A stretch of 32,000 nt of DNA from Candidatus Lokiarchaeum ossiferum (GTDB lineage: Archaea > Asgardarchaeota > Lokiarchaeia > Sigyniarchaeales > Promethearchaeaceae). The position numbers and the translations under genes are program-made. This document shows positions 25,170-32,000 of this stretch, piece after piece. The stretch is taken from NCBI GenBank assembly GCA_025839675.1, contig CP104013.1:1980001-2012000 (forward strand), read 5' to 3'. The notes under the pieces are model-generated. The model was given only the letters and a program-made list of their open reading frames with translations. It was not told the origin of the DNA and made no database searches. The number at the start of each line of letters is the position of its first letter. The first letter of the stretch is position 1.

Positions 25170-26042
25170 TTATGCTAAGATATTATTTTTATCAACTGTT
25201 TCATCTTGGTCTAAGCAATTCAGAGATTTTGAGATTTCTTTTGCATTTTTAATCGAAGGAACTCCAAAATAAGTGAAGAGTGTAATGGCCAGATAAATGA
25301 GGTAAGCAAGGGTTTCAATTAGACTTGGATTTCCATTATATCCAAATATAGCATTTAGTAAAGATCCAAGAGTCCCTTTCTCATAAATCAATGGGTTAAT
25401 ATCGTAAATATGCTCAATAATTGTTGGGATAATATTTGCTTCTTGTAATTCGTGTATTCCATAGGATAATAATCCAGCAGCGACAATTATTAAGAAAAGG
25501 GATGTTATATTAAAAAATGCTCTCAAATTAATACTGATAGTCCCTTTGTAGACCAACATTCCAACAAAAATGGCAACGACTATTCCAGCTATAGATCCAA
25601 ACAGTGAAAAGGATTCTTGGGAAAGTGTTGATGCACTCAAAAATATGACTGTTTCAATCCCTTCTCGCAAAACAGAAATAAACGCGAGAAAGAATATGCC
25701 ATAGGATTGAGATTTATCTAAGGATCGATTTATCGTAGTTTCTATGTATTTAAAGGATTTTGATTGACGATGTAACCAAACTACCATAGTTGTAATCATG
25801 GTCGCACCAATGATCATCATAAACCCTTCAAAAACTTCTTCTACTTGACCTTCAAATCCACCTAAAATCGATTGAAATATTATGGCTCCGAGAATACTAA
25901 AAATAATTCCAAGAAAAGTACCCATAAAAACATATTTCCTCTTCTCAAATTGGTCAATTTTTCTCAAATAGGAGAATATGATACCAATTATCAAGGCTGC
26001 TTCGAAAGTTTCTCTAAATGTGATTAAGAATTCAATAAACAT
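25170..26042 (-). CDS. FTR1/EfeU-family high-affinity iron permease
   Basis: 290 aa and about 7 TM. It has the two signature REXXE motifs in TM helices (FRETFEAALI and LREGIETVIFL). A GGGAGA Shine-Dalgarno lies upstream. Confidence 0.85.
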   Translation of the reverse strand: MFIEFLITFRETFEAALIIGIIFSYLRKIDQFEKRKYVFMGTFLGIIFSILGAIIFQSILGGFEGQVEEVFEGFMMIIGATMITTMVVWLHRQSKSFKYIETTINRSLDKSQSYGIFFLAFISVLREGIETVIFLSASTLSQESFSLFGSIAGIVVAIFVGMLVYKGTISINLRAFFNITSLFLIIVAAGLLSYGIHELQEANIIPTIIEHIYDINPLIYEKGTLGSLLNAIFGYNGNPSLIETLAYLIYLAITLFTYFGVPSIKNAKEISKSLNCLDQDETVDKNNILA

Positions 26043-26076
26043 TTTGTGTTCTCCCTAACTCAATAGATAAGTTAGA

Positions 26077-26086
26077 ATATATATAT
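26077..26086 (-). promoter_or_regulatory. Candidate TATA box for the FTR1 permease gene
   Basis: An (AT)5 run is centred about 39 nt upstream of the ATG at 26042. That is compatible with a TSS about 25 nt downstream and a short leader carrying the GGGAGA Shine-Dalgarno. It is flanked by a direct GTTAGA repeat (26071-26076 and 26087-26092). The AT-rich background makes this weak. Confidence 0.25.
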
Positions 26087-26572
26087 GTTAGACATACCTA
26101 ATAAATGAATACTGACATTATGTCTTATAATTTAAAATAAGTAATCAGTTATATTCAACTTTCATGGAACAGATCAGATAACGATACACTCATTTTTGCA
26201 ATTATAACTCAATTCTTAATAAACATTAGATGATTTGAAATAGATGCAATACAACAGAAAAAACCAAATCTTATTCTTCCTATCCAAACTAAATCTCAAG
26301 AATTCAAATATTTAATCAAATTGAGCAATCCATAGATAATTCGACCCAAGTACAGAAAACGAATAAGAATAGAAAAAAGTTTTGAATAATTCTCTTGAAT
26401 ACCAAGAAATCGTGATGTAAGTAAAAACTTTTATTTATACTTGATCTCGACAAAAAGTCACTTACATATCAAGCCCTTAACATGAAATAATACGAATCAT
26501 TCTTAGAAAAATCAAAAAAATCTCTGACTGTGACATTTAATAACAAAAATTTTCCCTTACAAGATAATTGCC

Positions 26573-27838
26573 ATGCCAAGATCAAAAGCCACACAATACG
26601 TAGACAATGATAAATTGTCCACTTTCGAGCCCAATCAACTCACAGAAGAAATCCGTCGCCTCCGACAAATGGAAAAGCTCATCCTTCGCAAAAAACTCGC
26701 TATGGAAATGAAATTACAGAACGTCCTGGCAGATCGAGATATGTATAAGCGAAAATTTTTAGAAGCACAGACAAAATTGGAACAATTAAATTTAAATCCT
26801 CTTCCAGTAGCGGTTGTTGAGAAATTAATCACAGAAGATGAAAATCGAGCCGTAGTTCGCTTGATTTCAGGCCAAATGTTTGTGTGCCATTATGACCCAA
26901 ATTTGGCGATTCATGAAGGAGATAATGTCGCTTTACATCAAAGATCGATGAGTATAATGGAAGTGCTTCCGAGTTTCATCGATCCTAACGTAGTAGCTAT
27001 GGAATTAATGACACTACCAGATACAACGTATGAGGAAATTGGAGGATTGTCACAAGAGATTATGGAGATGCGAGAAGTGATAGAACTTTCTCTTAGTCAA
27101 CCGGAAGTGTTTAAGGAATTTAACATAAGCCCACCTCGTGGAGTGTTGTTATATGGTCCACCAGGGACTGGAAAAACGCTTTTAGCAAAAGCCACCGCGA
27201 ATGGAGCTCAAGCCAAATTTTTAAAGCTCGCTGCCCCAGAACTTGTACAAAAATTCATTGGCGAAGGAGCTCGTTTGGTGAGGGAAATTTTTAAGAAAGC
27301 TCGGGATGAAAAAGGACCTGTGATCGTGTTTGTTGATGAGATCGATGCCATCGCAGCACATCGAACAGCCGAAAATCAATCAGGTGAGCGAGAAGTAAAT
27401 CGAACTTTAATGCAATTATTAGCAGAAATGGACGGATTTGAAAATAATGATAATATTCGATTAATTGCGGCAACAAATCGCATCGATATTTTAGATCCAG
27501 CAATTCTGCGACCAGGAAGATTTGATCGCATCATTGAACTCCCCCTCCCAAATGAAGCGAGTCGCCAAGCAATTTTTAAAATACATCTCAAAAAAACACC
27601 CAAATATGGCATTCATCTTGAAGAACTTGCCCAACGGAGCGATGAGTTAAGCGGAGCAGATATTAAAGCCGTGTGCATGGAGGCTTCAATGATAGCTCTG
27701 CGTGATCATTTAAACAATACAAAAAAAGCCCGGAAACGGGTTTTACAAAAGGATCTTTTAAAAGCTATCGAAAATTTTAAAACTAAACGCAAAATTCAAT
27801 CAAATCCGCCAACTCAATCCGTTGGATTGTATGCTTAA
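26573..27838 (+). CDS. pan: Proteasome-activating nucleotidase (PAN, Rpt-like AAA+ ATPase)
   Basis: 421 aa. It has an N-terminal coiled coil, an OB segment, Walker A (GPPGTGKTLLAKA), Walker B (VIVFVDEIDA) and second-region-of-homology arginines (PAILRPGRFDR). The C-terminal HbYX motif is ...GLYA. Confidence 0.93.
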   Translation: MPRSKATQYVDNDKLSTFEPNQLTEEIRRLRQMEKLILRKKLAMEMKLQNVLADRDMYKRKFLEAQTKLEQLNLNPLPVAVVEKLITEDENRAVVRLISGQMFVCHYDPNLAIHEGDNVALHQRSMSIMEVLPSFIDPNVVAMELMTLPDTTYEEIGGLSQEIMEMREVIELSLSQPEVFKEFNISPPRGVLLYGPPGTGKTLLAKATANGAQAKFLKLAAPELVQKFIGEGARLVREIFKKARDEKGPVIVFVDEIDAIAAHRTAENQSGEREVNRTLMQLLAEMDGFENNDNIRLIAATNRIDILDPAILRPGRFDRIIELPLPNEASRQAIFKIHLKKTPKYGIHLEELAQRSDELSGADIKAVCMEASMIALRDHLNNTKKARKRVLQKDLLKAIENFKTKRKIQSNPPTQSVGLYA

Positions 27839-27847
27839 CCACAATTC

Positions 27848-27855
27848 TTTTTTTT
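27848..27855 (+). terminator. Oligo-T tract after pan
   Basis: A T8 run starts 10 nt downstream of the TAA stop at 27836-27838. Confidence 0.45.
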
Positions 27856-28098
27856 CATAAAAAACGAGGAATCTTAAAAAAAAACTCAAAAAACATCCCC
27901 ATTTTTTCATTTACTTTGAATACAACATCTATCTTTTGGGTTTTCAAAGCTTCTAAGTCGGAATGTTATATTTCTGGAAGTTCTAAAAAGATTTGCGCTA
28001 TATACCGATTGTAATTACGAGTTTGGATGGCAAATACTTTTTCTGCTTATAACTATAGGAAAAAGACAATCCGATTTGATTCTAATAATTTAAGATTT

Positions 28099-28692
28099 TT
28101 AAATCTCAGGAGTTTGGATTGAGATCTGTTTTCGGTGGGGAACTTGAAACATTTTTTGAGCTGCATACGCAAAATGCTTAGCGAAACTATAATATAGAGT
28201 ATCTTCAATCACTAACATGAAACTAACCACATACACCCGTGAAACAATATATTCGAGATCCTTCAGTGTTAATCCCCAGATGACGGCATACTTGGGACGA
28301 ATTGCAAGCATCTTATTAATAAAATCTTCTAAGGCAATTTCTTCAGGAATTTCTACCACCGAAGGAGCAAAATATTTTATTGGCTTAAAACGTCTTCCTG
28401 CAGGGAGTTCTTGTTCCCATTGATAATCAGATTCAATATGAACAATGTTTTCCAAATTATAAAGCACTTTGGCTCGGGTTGCATAATGACGGCTTTGCGA
28501 ATAATAGACAGTATCTCCTACTATTGCGACATATTGACATACCCAAACGCGTTTATGAAATTCTTGCATATCTTTTCCATGAACATCCCAAACAATAACA
28601 TATTCTGGTCGTTTTTTAAGTATCAAGCGAAGAAAAGTACTTTTGTCAGTTTCTTCAGGATTATCCATTAAAGCAGGTGCAAAGAATCTCAT
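28099..28692 (-). CDS. Hypothetical protein built from two tandem copies of an uncharacterised domain of about 95 aa
   Basis: In the 197-aa ORF, residues about 2-80 and 106-185 align by eye: RFFAPALMDNPEE..FLRLILKKRPEYVIVWDVHGKDMQEF.KRVWVCQYVAIVGDTVYYSQSRHYA versus KYFAPSVVEIPEE..FINKMLAIRPKYAVIWGLTLKDLEYIVSRVYVVSFMLVIEDTLYYSFAKHFA. I recognise no family. Confidence 0.55.
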   Translation of the reverse strand: MRFFAPALMDNPEETDKSTFLRLILKKRPEYVIVWDVHGKDMQEFHKRVWVCQYVAIVGDTVYYSQSRHYATRAKVLYNLENIVHIESDYQWEQELPAGRRFKPIKYFAPSVVEIPEEIALEDFINKMLAIRPKYAVIWGLTLKDLEYIVSRVYVVSFMLVIEDTLYYSFAKHFAYAAQKMFQVPHRKQISIQTPEI

Positions 28693-28763
28693 GATTTTAA
28701 CCTTAGATTTTAAACAATCCTACGCACTTTAAAAATTCACCCATCCATATTCGAGCGCTTTTT

Positions 28764-30728
28764 TTAGGAGTGATTTTGATCTTTGAAAACTTGAGAAATA
28801 AGAAGTTCTAAAGAAAGGCATCTCCCGGGGTTGATAACAGTTCCATTTTGGGCAGAAAAATATAAGCATTCCCAAGCAGATTTATTTTTGCGTAAAAACT
28901 TGGTAAATTGACGCATTTTTTGTTTTGCTAAGAAAGATTTTCCCTGAAAGACATAACAGATAATAATTGGATCTTCGTGTTTCAAAAGAATATTATATTT
29001 TCCAAATTTTGCCCGATCAAAAGATTCTGAAAAAAATTCTCCACTAAAAGATTGAAACGCGGATAGTAAAGCCCCAAATAATTGATCATCATATTGCCAA
29101 TCCTTAAGGAATTTGTAAGTAAAGATATTTGGACCGTTCTCACTCATGATATTAAGTAAAAGAGGGGTCTCTGGTTCAATTTTAGAATTATTTACGACGC
29201 CATCCCGCAACATCCGTTCCATTTGCGATTCAATTTGCGCCATATCAACTCTTTTGGAAAGGGAAACATCATTATCAGCCATTTTTTCCCACATTGATTG
29301 TTTTTCCACAAGTGTATCATGTTCGTTGGATATTTTGATGGCAAATTGTTTTAAACCCTGATTTTCAGCTAAAAGTTGAGCATTTTGATATAAGTGACGA
29401 GCTCGTTTATAATCCCATTGAATTAAAGCTAATTTCGCTTGAAGTGAATATATTTCGGCCCAAAGAATATAGGATTTTTGCATTTGAGCAATTTTTAATA
29501 ATTTTTCAATAATTTGGTCAATTTCATCTATGATTCTTACATCATCCGAAGTTCGGAGTTCAACTAACAATAAGTCACTTAAATTTAACATAGCGATAAC
29601 GGTAAATTCGTGTCGAATCACTGGATGAGCAATAATTTTTTGGAAGATGGTGGAGGCAATAAAAATATTCCGGGAGCGTAAATTCTGCCTAGTTATCAAA
29701 GCACGTGCGAGTTGATATTGAATTTTAATGCGAGGATTATTGAGAGAAGCACCAATTTTTTTTATTTTTGTGAAACAAGAATCCGCTGCAGCAAAATCCT
29801 TTTTATCTAACATTACAAGCAATTTATAGTATAAAATATCAACTAATATGATTGGATTACCAACTTCATTTACCAAGGAGAGAGATTTATTTAAATAATA
29901 CAAGCTGGTGTCCAAATCACCTTTTTGACGATATATTATTCCAATATTTGCAAGTATATCATGTAAATCCTTTTTAATTCCAATTTTTCTTAATAGAAGT
30001 TGGGCATCTTTTAAATATTTGAGAGCTACATCCAGATTCCCAAGCAGTTTATGAATCCATGCGATATTATTTAATATTTTTGCAAGAGCTTTCTGATTAT
30101 TTGTTTCAGTATAGATGGTCAATGCTTCTTCAAGGTAGATTAACCCACTTGATAGGTCGCCTTGTTCACAATAAACAACACCAATTTTTCCGAGGGATTC
30201 AGCAATTGAATTTTGATCTCCATAAACTTCTCGAATTTGAAGTGATTTCTGCACATTTAATAAAGCCTTATCCAATTCTCCTTGAAACCAAAAAATATCA
30301 CTGTGAATGGAACAAATATCTGCAAAAAATAATTTATATTGCTTTTTGTTAAGTGCCGAAGTTTTAATCAATACTTCTAGCTCATCTAAGAAGCTTCGAG
30401 ATTCAGATAGTTTTCCCAAGCATTTTAATGATCTTGCATGAATACATCCAAATTGAACTTTTTCAACTAATTCAGATGAATTTGATAAATTTTGAAATCC
30501 ATCATAAGAGTACTTCAAAGCAAGATTATAATCATCTAACTCGTATAACGTTTGGCAATGTAGAAGCTTGTATTGATTTCTTTCTTGAAATGATAGTGTT
30601 GAATTATTAGATAACGTTAAGATTAAATCCAAGGCCTCTAAATTAGATCCATCTTGGATAAGAGAATCAATTTTTTTGATCTGATTTAAAGCCATATCAC
30701 GTACTCTGCTTAATGTATTTTTTCCCAT
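28764..30728 (-). CDS. TPR-repeat protein with a distinct C-terminal alpha/beta domain of about 130 aa
   Basis: 654 aa with many TPR-like units (QGELDKALLNVQKSLQI, QGDLSSGLIYLEEALTIY, LGNLDVALKYLKDAQLL, KGDLDTSLYYLNKSLSL and others). The C-terminal region PLLLNIMSENGPNIFTYKF...DDQLFGALLSAFQSFSGEFF...FGKYNILLKHEDPIIICYVFQG has the look of a longin/roadblock-like small regulatory domain. That last point is inference. Confidence 0.7.
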   Translation of the reverse strand: MGKNTLSRVRDMALNQIKKIDSLIQDGSNLEALDLILTLSNNSTLSFQERNQYKLLHCQTLYELDDYNLALKYSYDGFQNLSNSSELVEKVQFGCIHARSLKCLGKLSESRSFLDELEVLIKTSALNKKQYKLFFADICSIHSDIFWFQGELDKALLNVQKSLQIREVYGDQNSIAESLGKIGVVYCEQGDLSSGLIYLEEALTIYTETNNQKALAKILNNIAWIHKLLGNLDVALKYLKDAQLLLRKIGIKKDLHDILANIGIIYRQKGDLDTSLYYLNKSLSLVNEVGNPIILVDILYYKLLVMLDKKDFAAADSCFTKIKKIGASLNNPRIKIQYQLARALITRQNLRSRNIFIASTIFQKIIAHPVIRHEFTVIAMLNLSDLLLVELRTSDDVRIIDEIDQIIEKLLKIAQMQKSYILWAEIYSLQAKLALIQWDYKRARHLYQNAQLLAENQGLKQFAIKISNEHDTLVEKQSMWEKMADNDVSLSKRVDMAQIESQMERMLRDGVVNNSKIEPETPLLLNIMSENGPNIFTYKFLKDWQYDDQLFGALLSAFQSFSGEFFSESFDRAKFGKYNILLKHEDPIIICYVFQGKSFLAKQKMRQFTKFLRKNKSAWECLYFSAQNGTVINPGRCLSLELLISQVFKDQNHS

Positions 30729-30837
30729 CTAAATAAATGTATTTCTTTGCAGAAACGGAAGCAACCCAACAATATTGGTGAAGAAAGAGATAAATTGTGG
30801 AAAAAAAATGTATTTTTTGCCAAGAAAATAGAAAAAA

Positions 30838-31161
30838 TTATTTAACTTGAAGATGAAATGCATCATCAAGGGGATTTTTTACTTTCCCTGAAATATATAA
30901 GAGCCCATTTTCATACTTTCCACTTACCGAATCTATATCAATTTCCCATGGAAAATGTCCATGAAGCGAATATTGCGCTTGATCTCGGATGGCTTCCAAA
31001 TCAAATAGAGTTGGGAGAACTCGAAATTTCACCTTTGATTTATCCACACCGGGAAGATGAACTTCAAGATTCCATTCTTTCTTTACATTTTCGTAATTAA
31101 AATGGCTAGTGGGGGTAATTTGATATTTAATTTCTGGCTTATCAGTTGATTTTTCACTCAT
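30838..31161 (-). CDS. Small heat-shock protein, Hsp20/alpha-crystallin family (minimal form)
   Basis: 107 aa with ACD signatures (WNLEVHLPGVDKSKVKFRV and YENGLLYISGKV). An IXI-like C-terminal motif is present (LQV). A GGAGG Shine-Dalgarno lies upstream. Confidence 0.85.
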   Translation of the reverse strand: MSEKSTDKPEIKYQITPTSHFNYENVKKEWNLEVHLPGVDKSKVKFRVLPTLFDLEAIRDQAQYSLHGHFPWEIDIDSVSGKYENGLLYISGKVKNPLDDAFHLQVK

Positions 31162-31172
31162 CGTTATTCCTC

Positions 31173-31532
31173 CTAAAAATTAATTTCTTTTGCTCCATCA
31201 AAAGGGTCAGGAATTTTGGCCCATATGGTTAATAATCCATTCTCATATTTTGCAGTGGTTTTTTCGGGAATAATTTTCTTTCCAAAATTTTGGTTAGCAC
31301 TGTACATAAGCTGTCCTCTCTTAGCATTAAGATGGAACCAGTTTGGTAAGGATTTAAGGCTTATATCTTCTTTTTTGACTCCAGGTAAACTTACTTCAAA
31401 AGTAATTTCCCGTTTATCATAATTTATATTTCTACGCATGTCTGGATAGACTTTGTATAATGTTTCTTGTTCTTCTTTTTTGGATTCTGATTCAGTTAAA
31501 TTTTCTTTTATATCACGTTGTACGATTGCCAT
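31173..31532 (-). CDS. Small heat-shock protein, Hsp20/alpha-crystallin family (minimal form)
   Basis: 119 aa with ITFEVSLPGVKKEDISLK and YENGLLTIWAKI. The C-terminus has an EINF (IXI-like) motif. A GGAGA-type Shine-Dalgarno lies upstream. Confidence 0.85.
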   Translation of the reverse strand: MAIVQRDIKENLTESESKKEEQETLYKVYPDMRRNINYDKREITFEVSLPGVKKEDISLKSLPNWFHLNAKRGQLMYSANQNFGKKIIPEKTTAKYENGLLTIWAKIPDPFDGAKEINF

Positions 31533-31563
31533 TTTTTTTCATCTCCAATAATTTAAAAAATTA

Positions 31564-31905
31564 TTATTCAATTTTTACCTCATAAGCATGTTCTAAAGGA
31601 TTGTATCGTTTCAATTCGATTTTCAATAACCCTTCTTCATATTCAGCTTTACTCACTTCTGGCTCTACTTTGATCATTTCAAGATCCAGAGTGTACATGA
31701 CTTCCCCTCGAGGTGCTCGTAGTGTAAAATAATTAGGTAGGACTTTCATTTCAATATCGGCTTTTTTGACACCTGGAAGTGCGACTTGCACAGTAATTTT
31801 ATCATCTTTACTCCACACTCCATAGCGAGGAGTCACTTTGTATTTAGGTTCAATTTTATGTTCGGCCATATCAGTACTTTCATTTTTTGTTTCAGTAATT
31901 GACAT
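31564..31905 (-). CDS. Small heat-shock protein, Hsp20/alpha-crystallin family (minimal form)
   Basis: 113 aa with ITVQVALPGVKKADIEMKV and YEEGLLKIELKR. The C-terminus has a VKI motif. A GGAGA Shine-Dalgarno lies upstream. Confidence 0.85.
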   Translation of the reverse strand: MSITETKNESTDMAEHKIEPKYKVTPRYGVWSKDDKITVQVALPGVKKADIEMKVLPNYFTLRAPRGEVMYTLDLEMIKVEPEVSKAEYEEGLLKIELKRYNPLEHAYEVKIE

Positions 31906-32000
31906 CTTTTTTTTCTCCGTTGTTAGACAACTATTTGTTGTCGTAATATAATAATATATAATAAATATGACTATTTAAAGGTTTTGAAAAATTTCATCTT

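Noticed and set aside
1-32000. Looked for CRISPR arrays, tRNA/rRNA genes, transposase or integrase genes, and long terminal or direct repeats.
   Set aside because: None was seen. Intergenic regions are AT-rich and lack cloverleaf-capable GC-rich segments, regularly spaced repeats and mobile-element proteins.

Overview
This is an AT-rich, clearly archaeal window: it has a PAN proteasome ATPase, Mvh/Vhu-type hydrogenase with HdrBC, Shine-Dalgarno-led genes and oligo-T tracts after genes. An Asgard/Lokiarchaeia-like origin is my inference, not something I can demonstrate. I support about 28 protein genes.

Genes in order along the window:
- An Opp/Dpp-type ABC permease pair.
- A membrane-anchored C45/Ntn-hydrolase-like protein.
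- A triple-2TM plus zinc-ribbon membrane protein.
- Hydrogenase maturation genes: an endopeptidase, hypE, hypF, and a separate hypC.
- A HAD hydrolase.
- A stand-alone beta-sandwich protein resembling the GH38 C-terminus.
- An ArsR/SmtB regulator, a sirtuin and a DUF429 protein.
- A tightly coupled minus-strand operon: hydrogenase small subunit, hdrC, hdrB, hydrogenase large subunit.
- A secreted beta-propeller protein with EF-hand-like loops.
- A double-FtsX permease.
- mntP and an FTR1 iron permease.
- PAN.
- A protein made of two tandem copies of one domain.
- A TPR protein.
- Three tandem minimal Hsp20 genes.

The most interesting signal is absent from the ORF track. The [NiFe] hydrogenase large subunit stops before its C-terminal Ni-binding motif. 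A 49-codon mini-gene 26 nt downstream (13802..13951, minus strand) supplies that motif as ...EMVIRCYDC-UGA-LSCAAH plus a cleavable tail. This makes it a VhuU-like selenocysteine peptide of a split [NiFeSe] hydrogenase. Its GC-richer 3' UTR folds into an AUGA/GA kink-turn-like hairpin with an A-rich loop, which is a candidate eukaryote-like SECIS.

Every call rests on motif recognition by eye. I ran no database search or folding program.
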